NCBI RefSeq assembly: GCF_009914755.1
Contig: NC_060935.1
Origin: the human T2T-CHM13v2.0 reference genome, Homo sapiens
Strand: one strand, 5' to 3'
DNA: 64,000 bases
The translations under genes and the position numbers were made by a program. Shown in pieces: positions 44,080 to 59,285 of the stretch (positions within the stretch are counted from its first letter, which is position 1; each line of letters starts with the position of its first letter). The notes below the pieces were generated by a model. It worked only from the letters and a program-made list of their open reading frames with translations. It did not search any database and was not told the origin of the DNA.

Positions 44080-46339
44080 TCAAAAATAAAAAATAAAATA
44101 AAATAAATAAAAACTCAAGAGGTTCACCTGTAGACATGCCTCTAGCAGGTTCCCAGGCACCTGTCTCTCTCCATCTCTTGCCTCTGCTTTGCTCTGTTAT
44201 GTTGGCATTTTAGGCAGATCTTCCCCCATTCGGCAGCAGTTATGGCCATCAGCAGTTTCAAGCTTTGTCTACCAGCGTAACAGGGATGGCAATACCACTT
44301 TCCCAAAGATTACAGCAAACATCTTAGGCCTAATTGTGATTGACTCTGATTGGATATCCTTGATCCAATTATTATGACTTAATTGGCTAAGTCTGGTGTG
44401 GGTGATAGCCTCTAAGACAGCCCCCAGTGATCCTACCTCCTAGTAATCATGCCTTTGTGTAATCCTCTCCTCTTGAGTAACTTACTTCTAACCAGTAGAA
44501 TATGGCAATGTGGAGAGGTTGTCACTTCTGTGATTAGGTTACAAAATATTGTGACTTCATCCTGCTAGTGGACTCTCTCTCTCTTGCCGGCTTTGACAAT
44601 GCAAGCTTTCATGTTGGAGAGGCCCACATTGCAAGGAACCTAGCATGGCCTCCAGCCAACAGCAAAGAACGGAGGTCCACATTCCAACAGCCCTTGAGGA
44701 ACTGGATCTTCCCAAAAAACTATGAAACTGAGCTTGGAAGCAGATCTGATCCCCATTGAATCTTCAGATTAGACCCCAACCCCTGGATGATACTTTGATT
44801 GCAGCCTCATGAGAGACCATGATCAGGGGACCCAGCTAACCTCTGCCCAGATTCCTGAACCACAGAAACAGAGAAAATAAATGTGTGTTGTTTTAAGCTA
44901 CTACGTTTTGGACTAATTTGTTATGCAGCAATAGACAACTAATATATCTGGATTGTGTGACTGTCCCTGAAGGGGCAGATGAGGCCAGTCTCATGTGAAC
45001 CATGTGGTCTGAGGTCAGAGAATAGGTGTCTTCCCAAAGGAAAACTAAGATGTAGTTACCAGAAGGGGGATGGAATATCTGGGCAGGCAAAAGCACCAGC
45101 TGCTCACCTCACACATCTATTTGGGAATGTAAGGAGCTGGCAATACAACTAGAGATATAGATTTGGCAGTGATTCATGTATGGGTGATTGTTAAAACTGT
45201 AAGAATGGATGAAATTTCCCCCAAAGAGAGGAGAGTCAAGGACAGATCTCTCAGGAATGGCAACAATTAAGGGGCAGATGGAAAAAGAGACAAAGGTGAT
45301 TAGGTGAAGGCAGAGGTGTAGGAAGACATATGTTTGATGTTGCCCAAATTCAGCTTAGTTGGCTGGTAAGACATACATCTGAGGAATTGCAACCTTCTGT
45401 TAGAAATCTGGGTCTATATGAGTGACTGTTGAAATCAGGCATGTGGATGATTTTGTTCACCGAGAGAGTATAGATGGAAAAGAAGACCAAGGACTAATCC
45501 ACACAGAATCTGTATATTTAGGCAACAGGGGAGTAAAGAGGACTCACAGGAAGGGAGCTGAGAAGGAACAGTTGGAGAGGTAGGAGGGAATCCAGGAGAG
45601 GCCAGTCTGCCAGAAGTCATGGGCATTTCAAGACTGATATAGTCAGTACTGGCAAGTGCTAAAGAGAAGATGCATGTGATGAGAATTGAGAGGAGAATTG
45701 TGGATCAGTAATAAGGAAGTCATTGGCATCCTAGTAGGAAACATTTCAGTGGAAATTGGGGGGCAGAAGTCAGATTGCGCAGATTTAAGAATGAGAGAGA
45801 CATGGGCTGGATGTGGTGGCTCACACCTGTAATCCCAGCACTTTGGGAGGCAGAGGTGGGAGGATCACTTTAGGTCAGGAGTTTAGAGCAGCCTGGCCAA
45901 CATGGTGAAACCCCAACTCTACTAAAAATACAAAAATTAGCTGGGTATGATGGTGGGCACCTATAATCCCAGCTACTCAGGAGGCTGAGGCAGGAGAATC
46001 ACTTGGATCCAGGAGGCAGAGGTTGCAGTGAGCTGAGATCACACCACTGCACTCCAGCCTGGAGTAAGACTCTATCTCAAAACAAACAAACAAACAAACA
46101 AACAAACAAACAAAAAAAAACGAACGAGTGAGCCATGAAGGAGAGATAATATAGAAAGCTGACTAGCATTTCGAGAAGCTTCACGACAGGTTGAGGGAAG
46201 ACTTGAGCATATGTATAGACTGAGATGAAAAGTCTGGGCTTCGCCCTTCCACTCCCATCTCGGAGTAATTTCAGTTGCGTTTCTTGAGTTCTATTACATC
46301 TTTCTGAGATGGCAAGGTCTAAAACTGCCCATAAATTTA

Positions 46340-46570
46340 GGAGTTGGCAAACTTCTATTGTGAAGAGCTGGGCAGTAAATATGCCAGGCTTTTGTTGGTC
46401 GTATGGTCTCTGTCGCAACCACTCAACTCTGCCATTGTCGTGGTTGTAGAAAGCAGCCATAGACGATGTGTAAACAAGTGAGCATGGCTGTGTTCCAATA
46501 AACTTCATTTACCAAAAAACAGGCAGAGGCAGAATTTAGCCCTGTGGGCTGTAGTTGGCTGACCCTTGCC
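46340..46570. mobile_element. MER58A-like hAT MITE
   Basis: GGAGTTGGCAAACT...GGCTGTGTTCCAATAAACTT...TAGTTGGCTGACCCTTG. Confidence 0.8.
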
Positions 46571-47558
46571 CTAGGTTTATGGAAAGGGATTAGAGATGCA
46601 ATAAATGGGGCAATTGATGGAGTAAAGGATGAGAGCTAGACCTCAAGGAAAGAGGTTTACCTCAGAAAGAAGGCACTTACGTCTACCTGGGCACCTGTGT
46701 GACTTTCTCTTTTTTTTTTTTTTTTTTTTTTTGAGAGGGAGTTTCGTTCTTGTTGCCCAGGTTGGAGAGCAATGGTGCGATCTTAACTCACCGCAACCTC
46801 CACCTCCTGGGTTCAAGCGATTCTCCAGAGTAGCTGGGATTATAGGCACGTGCCACCAGGCACAGCTAATTTTTGTATTTTTAGTAGAGATGGGGTTTCA
46901 CCATGTTGGTCAGACTGGTCTTGAACTCCTAACCTCAGGTGATCCTCGGCTTCCCAAAGTGCTGGGATTACAGGCGTGAGCCACTGCAGTCGGCCGTGAC
47001 TTCCTCTTTATGTGTCTGCCTTGCATTCTCCTCAACTGTGAGCACTTTCCGGGCTGGCAGTGTTTCCCAGCGATGGTTCCAGAGCCTTGCATACAGGCAG
47101 TGCTCAGACACAGCAGCATTTGAGAGAAGCAGGATGGTAAAGGTGAAGAGGCACCTTACTGTGGAAGGAGGGGAAATGAAAGAGGCTCATATGGAAAAGC
47201 CTCTATCATCATCTCAAGTGAACTAGGAGCTGTGTTAGCCAGACATGGTGGCTCACACCTATAATCCCAGCACTTTGGGAGCCTGAGGCAAGGGGATGGC
47301 TTGAGCCATCCCCTATCCCCTATAGGGATAGCCATCACCTATCCCCTATCTCAAGGGGTTTGAGACCAGCCTGGGCAACATAAGGAGACCCTGTCTCTAC
47401 AAAAAATACAAAAATTAGCTAGGTGTGGTAGCATGTGCCTGTAGTCCCATCTAGTTGGCTGCAGCAGGAGTGTTGCTTGATCTCTGGAGGTCAAGGCTGC
47501 AGTGAGCCATGATGGCACCACTGCACTTCAGCCTGGGTGACAGAGCAGGACTCTGTCT

Positions 47559-47593
<35 letters not shown>

Positions 47594-50050
47594 CCATGTG
47601 TTATTAGCAGTTGAGTTACCTACCTCCACTGATGTTTAAGCAAGGAGGCAACTCTCTCCAGCGTTTCAGATTCAGTCCTTCCAAGAGGCAAAGGTTTAGG
47701 GCAGATGGTCTCCCTGTCTCACATTTATAGTATTCTACGTGATACTTTCTATTCTTCAAGACTCAGATGCTGCTTCCTCCAGGAAGCCTTCGTGGATTCC
47801 ATTCTCCATTGGGAGCAATCCTTTTTTTCTACACGATTTACCCAAATAGGCATGGAGGGACCCATATCTGTATATGACAATGGAGGTTAGGGAGGAAGGC
47901 AAAGGAAGCACCTCCAGAATAGTCTTGGATTGCTGTGGGGGTGGTGGGAAAGGGAGGTTCCTGCAAAGCCCAGGTGCATTCTGAAACTCCCATAAGAGGA
48001 GTGAAGAATGTGGAGGTGGGGTAGGGTGGCTAGGAGCCAAGTAGCTCCTGGGTGCATTTTTTACACTCCTGTAACAGGTTGGACCACGTCTAGCTGTTCC
48101 TGGCCTCCATTTCTGACTCTCCTGAGAAGGGGTGGGGCCACGTGGGGGTTTGGAAGGTGGTGAGTGAAAAAGGAGGGTCCTTCATGCAGCTCATACCTAC
48201 ACACTGGGAATCCAGAGATAGGAGACTGAACTGAGAGACACCAATGAGAGTCCATTCTCTACTGAGCAATTGGAGCCCATTTTGCCCAGGGAAGGATGTT
48301 TGTGGACAACAGACGGGCCCGTAGACTAAGGCAGAAGAGGCAGAGAGCTGAGCATGGAGGCCCTGGGGCAGCTGAATGAATAGTTGCGGGGTTTGTCTTG
48401 GTGAGGAAAAGATAAAAGTATGTTCAAGGAAAATGATGTCTTTGGAGCAGAGTAGAGGCTGGAGAGATGTGTCCAAGCCCTCCATGATCTGTCCCAGCTG
48501 CCTTTTCTTCCTTTCTATTCCCCTTCAGACACCCCAGGTTCCCACTGAATCTCCAGCCAATCCCACCATTTCCCCACCTCTCAGCCTTTGTGTTGTTCTC
48601 TCTCCTTGGCATTTCCTTGTCTTCCTTTCTCCCATCTTCTTGTGTCTAAATACTTTCTATTCTTCAAGTCTCAGATGCTGCTTCCTCCAGGAAGCCTTCT
48701 TGGATTCCATTCCCCATTGGGAGCAATCCTTCTTTTCTCTGAACTCCTTATATCTCTCACCAGAGCAGTCATTTAGCAATGTCTCCTAGTAGTAAGGAAA
48801 TATTCAAGATAGCAGCCATTTCCCAGGAAGCTCTGTGTTTCCCCTCATGCACATTACCCAGGCAAAGGCTCTCCAGAAGCAAGACTGGACAAACACTGTA
48901 TAAGCTCAGGCCAGTGCAGCCATCTCCTTTATCAACTCCCTGCAGCAGTTGTCTCTCTGTTAGGTTAGGGCCCTATATGCACAAGTCATAGCCTGTAGCT
49001 ACCAAAATCCTGGGCACCCTGCCCTCCTTATCCTCCAAAACCCCCAGCTAATTCTGTCTCTTGGTCAGTCCAAGGATAAACTCAGAGTCCTTCTTCTCCC
49101 GCCCCTCAGCTTCCTCTTCTCATGGTGGCAATGCCACAAGGGGGTCCTTCAACCATATTCAGGGAGTGGGCTCTGGGCTGTCCATCTTCTTGTAATCCTG
49201 GCATACCCAGGAGCTCTGGATTTCCACATGTCAATTGGAGGACCCATCTGGCCCTTAAATCTCGGCTCTCATTTGGCCAAGGTCAGAGAAGCACATCTCT
49301 TGAATGAAGTTAATGATGTACATGTATGTGTGTGCTCCCGCAGGAGCCCCAAAGAGATGGACTAAGTTTACAGGTGCACGTTAACTCATGAGCGAACACA
49401 TCAACCTGCTGTTCTGACTGTCCTTGGGCAAGTGACAGCCCCTATCCCCACCCCGTCAACGTCTTGGTTTCTATTTTTGAAAAAACAAGGTTGGACAAAC
49501 CTGCAAATTCCCTTTTAGCCACAATCTTTCATTGTGTAGTGGGGTGGGTGTATCTCAGCTCCCTTCTCAGAGAAGTGGTTGACATTCATAAGGAAAGGAT
49601 TCCTGACAAAGGTGACAGGAATTTGAACCTCATTTCCGGGGAATTGATGCCCTTTATGATTTGTGATTTGAACCTGGAGGAATTCATGCCTGAGGATGAA
49701 AAGAAAGGGTTTTTTTTTTCCCCCAGCAAGAATCATAGAATGAACTGGGCGCGGTGTCTCATGGCCGGGCGTGGTGGCTCACACCTGTAATCCCAGCATT
49801 TTGGGAGGCCAAGGTGGTCAGATCACGAGGTCAGTAGTTTGAGACCAGCCTGACCAACATGGTGAAACCCCATCTCTACTAAAAATACAAAATTAGCCAG
49901 GCCTGGTGGTGCACACCTGTAATCCCAGCTACTTAGGAGGCTGAGGCAGGAGAATCACTTGAACCCAGGAGGCAGAGGTTGCAGATCGCGCCACTGCACT
50001 CCAGCCTGGGCAACAAAACCAGACTCTGTCTCAAAAAAAGAAAAGGATCA

Positions 50051-50194
<144 letters not shown>

Positions 50195-50399
50195 TTAGTT
50201 GGATGTGATGGCACGTACCTGAAGTCTCAGCTACTTGGGAGACTGAGGCAGGAAAATCACTTGAGCCCAAGAGGTCTAGACTGCAGTGAGCTGTGATGGC
50301 GCCACTGAACTTGGGCAACACATCAAGACCTTGTCTCCAAAAAAAAAAAAAAAAAAGGGTCATAGAATTTTATTCTTATTAGCAACACCACAAAGATTT

Positions 50400-51170
50400 T
50401 CTAGACCGTTTAATATAGTAGCCACTAGCCTCATGTGGCTGTATGAAAGTAATTAAAATGAAATAAAATTAAAAAGCCACTTCCTCAGTCACGGTAGCAC
50501 ATTTAAGGGCTCAACAGTCACACGTAGCTAGTGGCTACCATATTGTTTGATGACTGAGAGAAACATGCTCACCCATCTAAACCCAAAGAATGGACCTAGA
50601 GGCACGAGGAACAGCGAAAGTGAGACTTTTAATGACAGTCTTGCAAGATCAGGTGTGTGGTAGGCAGGCACACCCAGGACAGTTACAACAAGCAATTTAT
50701 CCCCTAGTGCACAAATCCCTCCCCCCGTTCCTCATAGGCTGAGTACTATGGGGTCACAATCTTCCCCAGCGTCGCCTGTTGGTTGTTGGGTTGGGGCTTT
50801 AGGTGTTTTCTTTAGGGTTGCCCCATTGCATTTTGTTGCAGCCCATAATGCATTGCAGCCATCTTGGGGGGTCCTTCAACTGTTTGACTTATGACCCAGG
50901 TAGTTAAGGCAAGCTGATAAAGTTAGCTATCTTTCAAGCTCAACTAAACTGTTTGGTTCGGGTGAGGGCAGCTAAGGGGCCCCAACCAGCAGATGCCAGC
51001 TATTAAGGTAGGGGCTTAGTGGATCTTGTTCTCCTGTGGTTTGTGGACCCAAGCCTATCTGAGACATTTTATTTTGAAAAGGGACCACGATATATGTAAT
51101 TTTCTACAATGATGCAGATATAGAACATTTCCATCTTCTCACAGAAACTTCTATCAGGACTGCGCTGTCC
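50400..51170. mobile_element. MER3-like MITE split by an ERV solo LTR (LTR18-like, about 50549-51108)
   Basis: MER3 sequence stops at about 50545 and resumes at about 51110 (GCAGATATAGAACATTTCCATC). The LTR family is tentative. Confidence 0.65.
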
Positions 51171-51242
51171 TAGACCAACGTTTTGCAAACGAGGAAACTG
51201 AAGCTAAAAAGGAAACATGACCTCGCCAAGCTTTTTTTTTGA

Positions 51243-51443
<201 letters not shown>

Positions 51444-51739
51444 TAACTCCTGAACTCAGGTGATCCACCCGCCTCGGCCTCCCAGAATGCTAGGATTACA
51501 GGCATGAGCCACCGAGCCCGATCATAGCTCACTGCAACCTGGAACTCCTAGGCTTAAGCGATCCTCCCATCTCAGCCTCCCTAGTAGCTGGGACCATAGG
51601 CCACACCACGACGCCCAGCTAATTTTTTTATTTTTCGTAGAGATAGAGTCTCAGTGTGTTGCCCAGGGTGGTCTGGAACTCCTGGGCTCAAGCAATCCTC
51701 CCACCTCAGCCTCTCAAAGTGCTTGGATTATAGGCGTTA

Positions 51740-53200
51740 GCCACCGCGCCCAGCCTCGCCCTGCATCTTAATGGCAGATCTAGGCCTAAAACCCCGGACC
51801 TTACTCCAAGGCCTGACATATCGCCCTCGTCCTTGCTGCCGCCTTCCTCTCTGGGCTCCCCCACCTCAGAGCCCCTTGTGGGCGCACAGCACGTTGGCCC
51901 AGGCGGGGCAGGGCTGGTCTGAGGGGATGTTTTTGACGGAGCGGAGCTCCAGATGCTGCACATTCCTGATCGGGTCAGGCCTGCCCTGCGGCACTCGGGG
52001 AATTAGCTTCGGTGAAGAGCCCCAGATCTTCTTTCTAGAGCTGCCCTCTTCCTGGCCAGCCCAAGAAGCGCGGGCGTTCAGGAACGCTCTCCCACCGCCT
52101 TGGGTGAGGCTGAAAGGCTGAGTGGATCCCCTGTTGCAGAAGTACTTCTGGTCAAGGAGGGGTTGGAGACGGGCAGGAAATTGCACCCCTTGTATCTTCC
52201 AAGGTCTCCAAATCCAGCACGAGGGGCATCTGGGAACAGGGTTTCTGCCAGCCCCACCTTGGGGCCGCATTTGGCGGGAACTGGATCTGCCTTCACCTGC
52301 AGCCCTGTGCGGGGCGTGACGGAAAGAGCGGGGAGAGGGGCGTCCTGGTGCGGGGGTTGTTGAGGTGAGAAGCCAGGGGAGGGGGCTCCGGGAGCGCCCT
52401 GACCTCGCGGACTGTTGGGAGGCGGAGGGGATGGGGGTTGGGGGAGAAGAGGGGAGCCTGGCAGCCAATGGGAGGGAGGATCTCGTTTCAAAAGGGTTAA
52501 CCCACAGCCAATGGGAGCCTGGGGGAGCGGATCCTGCTCACTCCATTCAAGAATCCCAAGTATTCAAGATGGACGGCAGGGAGTGTGGAAGGAGAAAGGG
52601 GGCGAGGGGGGAAGAGCGAGATCGGCAGAGGAGAGGGTCTCCGCGGCCCACCGGCCTCGCAACCTCGGTCCCGGCCGGCGGGTGGCGGGGCGGCCGCTGG
52701 GGATCCAAGCCCGGCCCGGGAGAGGGGCTGGCGGGGTGCGAGAGGGCGTGAGCGAGGGGGAGCGAGGCCAGGGAGGGGAGCCAAGAGGGAGGGAAGGGCA
52801 GAGAAAGAGCCCGGGAAGAAGGAGGTGGCAGGCAGAGGATCCTAACGAAGAGCAATGTGTAGGTATCGAGAGCTTCCCGAAGGGTAACGACACCGATTTT
52901 CGGTTTTATTCTCTCTTGGGGAAGGGAGGGGGACGGTCTGGGCTCTTTCTCTCGTCTTCCTTTTTCCCTCCTCATTCTCCACTCGTGGGCATCTTTTCTA
53001 TTTTTTCCTTTGGAAACACTGTAACTGGGAAGCACCAGGCGTGTCTTTCTGAGGTGGCCTCACTGTCATTTTCCAGTGGGGGGCGTGGTGGGGTAGGGAT
53101 GGGGGGCTCCGCTGGGCACGGCCGAGCTGGGCCATCTGTCTCCACCTGGGTTGTGTGCGAGGGCGTGGAGTGTTCCGAGGGGGACCGGGGGCCGAAGGGC
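51740..53200 (+). promoter_or_regulatory. CpG-island promoter, probably of the pri-miR-130a host transcript, with twin CCAAT boxes at 52465 and 52508
   Basis: High GC and CpG density, GC boxes, two identical CAGCCAATGGGAG motifs, 2-3 kb upstream of mir-130a. Direction of transcription is inferred. Confidence 0.7.
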
Positions 53201-53410
53201 TGGAGCAGGGCAGGGAGTTCTGCACCTCCAGAAGTTGTAGGGTGAGCCAGGGGCGGTGTGGGGGTGTGAGGCTGGTTTTCGAGCTGATAGTTGTGGGGTG
53301 TTGAGGGGTGCGGGGATGTGTGTGTGTGGGGGGCGTGCGCTCACACTCCAGTTCTTGTTGTTTGGGTGTGTAATGAGGGCTGAGTTGTGCAGCAAGTATG
53401 GCTGAGAGTT

Positions 53411-53433
53411 TGTGTGTGTGTGTGTGTGTGTGT
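53411..53433. repeat. (TG)n microsatellite
   Basis: Read directly. Confidence 0.9.
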
Positions 53434-55381
53434 GGTGTGTACGTGCGCCTGTGTGGTCCAGCCTCGAGGTGTGTGTGTTCGGGGGGAGCACAGTTGGGTG
53501 TTGAAGGAGAGCGCCCCTCACCCCCCACTTCCCAGCTGCCTCTCTCATCCCATTCACAGAACATGGCTTTCAGGACCCTCCTGGTCTCCTCCTCCCGTCG
53601 CCATGGCTGCGAGGAGGGGGTGGGAGGAGACAGTTGGGGCCAGCCCCCTGCCCCTGCTGCTCCAGCTAACCCCCCACCTGCCCTTTCTCTCCCTTTCACA
53701 GGCTGGGCCCCATCCCCTGCTGCTCTGGGGGCAGGGGCCGGAAGATGGTGGCCAATGAGGAGGGGGAGAGGAGAGAACTTGAGCCGGGGCCTCCCCTCCC
53801 CCATTTCCTCCTCGGTCTCTACACTCGCTTCTGGAAGGAGCTGGGGGCTGGCTCCTGGGCCCAAGGTGGGGGAGGGGTCCTGCTGGCTGGTGAGTCGCTG
53901 GGCCTGCTCCTCAGGAATGAGTTGGGTGTGTGAGAGCTGAGGGGCTCTTGGCCCTTTCTCCCTGCACTCCCTAAGGAGAGACCTGGAAACTTCTTGGGGA
54001 AGAATCTTCCCCTGGCCTCCCTGAAGCTTGCTGTGCAGCCTTATCTTTGCCCCTCTGCCCCCTGTTGGTGTGATCCAGTTCCCAGCTGGGCCTGGTTTGC
54101 CCAACCCCAGAGCAGAGAGGTCACTGACCCTCGAGGGGTCTTGGTTTCCGCCCATTAAAACTGTAGGGCAGGGCCCCATGTTTGCAGATTACGGGAACAA
54201 ACTCTGCCGGGGAGAGCGGGAGGGAACGTCTCCTGCTTCCTGAGGGGGTGGGACGAGGCTAGAGGGAAGCCCAGAGGAAGAGCTCCCAACTGGAATTCTG
54301 TCCTCTATTCCTTACGGTGGCTGTGGATTAGGGAAGAAGGCATCTCCCCTTCGTTGATCGGGGCACTGGAGGAATCACCCTCCAGCCTCTGTTTCTCTGG
54401 GCTGCCCAAAGTTCACTGGGTCAGAACTGGAGCTGGGCTCCGGGGCTGTGGCCCTAGCTGGAATGTGCCACAATAGAGCCTGCCTGGGTCTGAGCCTCCA
54501 GATATCCAGGTGTCCTTCCAGGGCAGCTTTCTGGCTTTGGGTGTTAATCTTCCGGGGACTGTTTGTCCTGTATTTAAGCCCCCTTAGGGTTGGATAGGAT
54601 GGGGAAGTGCTAGGATGAGCTTGAAGACTCCCCAACCAAGGGTCCCTGGATAAGACAGGAAATAACTCAGATGTGAATCCCACTGCCAGTGAAAGCCTAT
54701 CCCTAACTCTCAGTAACTGTGAGCGAATCACCCTCACCATTTTAATGCTGAATCTGCAAAGTGCTTTCAGGACCTCCAAAAGGAGATGCAGGGGTGGGGC
54801 TTCACCAGCAGCTTTCACCTCCCCGCCTGGAAGCTTCTCTCTACTGCGTGGGGAGCTGTGACTACAGGCTCCCACCTCTCTGGTCCTGGAAGGTCATCTG
54901 AGAGTGTTGCCTTGAGGCCTAGAGCTCTGCTTTATCTAAATTTAAAAGGAGATGGAAACTTAGAGAAGAGTAGAGGGTTCTGTAGTCTTGGGCAGCAAGC
55001 TCCTCTCTAGAAGGTAAGCTAGCGGAAATGCAAATCCAGATGAACACAGCCTCATACGAGTGACCTCCAGACTTTGGGGATTGCTAATAGCCGTTTTCTT
55101 TGAGGACTGAGCATCAAGCCCGAAGTATCCCTGCAGCTGCTTTAGTGGGTCCTGTCCTCCCATGCCAAAACCTCCAAGAAAAAGGTGGTCTCTGTGCTGG
55201 GGGTCAGGGGGTTGGTGAAGAAGGCGGCAAAAGGAAGAGTGGTGAAAAAATAGAATGAACACTAAGAATGGAATAAAAGGGAAAAAAGCTGTATTGAAGC
55301 AAAGAAGGGGCAGAGGGAGCCCGTGAGCTGAGTGGGCCAGGGACTGGGAGAAGGAGTGAGGAGGCAGGGCCGGCATGCCTC

Positions 55382-55470
55382 TGCTGCTGGCCAGAGCTCT
55401 TTTCACATTGTGCTACTGTCTGCACCTGTCACTAGCAGTGCAATGTTAAAAGGGCATTGGCCGTGTAGTG
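55382..55470 (+). ncRNA. MIR130A: mir-130a hairpin; 5p arm 55396-55417, mature miR-130a-3p CAGUGCAAUGUUAAAAGGGCAU at 55436-55457
   Basis: Recognised mature sequence; the two arms are complementary; basal UG at -14 (55382) and apical UGU at 55417. Confidence 0.98.
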
Positions 55471-56320
55471 CTACCCAGCGCTGGCTGCCTCCTCAGCATT
55501 GCAATTCCTCTCCCATCTGGGCACCAGTCAGCTACCCTGGTGGGAATCTGGGTAGCCTCACTTGTTAGTTATACTAATAGCTCTCATTTATGGAACTACT
55601 TCTGTATGCAGTGCTTGTGATAGACACTGCCTCCGTTACTGTGAAACCTAATAACTTCTGGGAGGTAACAGCCCCATTTTATGGATGAAAAACTGAGGGT
55701 CAGAAAGGTTTAAACAGTTTGGCTAAGATTGTGTAGCTCTTAGGTTGCAAAGCCTAGATACAACCCTGTGTTAAGTCTTGACAGCTCACTCATCTTTTTG
55801 TAGACCCATCTGGAGAGATCTGAATAGGTTCTTCAAACTGGGAGATTTCCTGAGCTGAGGGGTGGAAGGTTTTGATGCCATCTGCTGGTTGTATGAGGAT
55901 ATCTTCCAAAGCCTCAAACCTTTAAGGACCAGAAGTGGTGGCAACTCCTTAGGCTAAGAAGGATAAGCATTCCCAGACTCAGCCCGGAATGGAGAGTGAG
56001 TGGAAAAAGATTAGGAGAATCACTATTAGGTACAGAGTAGGCCTCCTTGAGAAAAAAAGGAATGCACCAGAAAGGAAAGGGGGTTAACTCGAGAGGATTG
56101 CTCCCCAAAGAAAAGGACCTGTGTGCTGCTGGCATCCCATACCTACAGCTCCTTCCCTGGCTCATGAGGCATGGAAAGACCTCACTCCTTCCCTGAATCC
56201 ACTTACCTTTCTCAGCACCACTCCCTCTTGGTCACGGGGTGTTTGATGATAATGCTGCTTGAGGGCACACCTGTCTGGGCATCCAAGATTTGGACAGCGT
56301 TGCCCATGACTTAATCTTAA

Positions 56321-58798
<2,478 letters not shown>

Positions 58799-59146
58799 TG
58801 AGCTATTTTGTTTCACTTCCCATCAACTGCCAGAGCAGCACTTTGGCTGATTGATTTTCCTTTTAGCCTTAAGTGTGCCCATGAACTGACCAGAGCATTA
58901 CAGAACCAGGCTGAAAAGCCACGGGACTCAAGAAAATCCTTATTCTGAGATGAGCCTCTTTCAGAGCCCGATCCTGGATCTAGGCAAAATGGACTTACTG
59001 TCAGGGGTGCCAGCAGACACAAGCGGTTTTGGATGCTCTCGCCGAGTAGCTAACAAAACCCACCCCTCTTACTAAGGCAAAACTTCACCTGAACGCTTAT
59101 TCCCCGGTAAAAGCTCAAGCAGTAGTCTTGCCATAGACAGGGCAAC

Positions 59147-59163
59147 TGCTGCCCCCTAGTGGT
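59147..59163 (-). promoter_or_regulatory. CTCF motif (minus strand ACCACTAGGGGGCAGCA)
   Basis: Near-perfect match to the CTCF core consensus CCAC/GYAGRKGGCRS. Confidence 0.75.
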
Positions 59164-59279
59164 ATAAAGGGACAGGCCCGGGTGGGTGGGGGTGTGTGTG
59201 TGTGACGGGGACAGTTTATGGGTACATGCACAGGGAAAGAAAGTCAGAGGACAGGTTGCCTCAAGTTGCTTTTTCCCTT

Positions 59280-59285
59280 TTTATT
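59280..59285 (-). terminator. YPEL4: YPEL4 polyadenylation signal AATAAA
   Basis: TTTATT on +, about 870 nt downstream of the YPEL4 stop codon. Confidence 0.8.

Noticed and set aside
52998-54179. 393-aa minus-strand ORF and overlapping 160-276-aa ORFs at 51866-53940
   Set aside because: GC-rich, stop-poor CpG-island sequence with ORFs in most frames, low-complexity P/G/R composition, read-through of a (CA)n repeat, and no recognisable domain.
54922-54990. GCTCTGCTTTAT resembling the miR-301 5p arm upstream of mir-130a
   Set aside because: No CAGTGCAAT 3p arm or complementary hairpin follows; likely chance.
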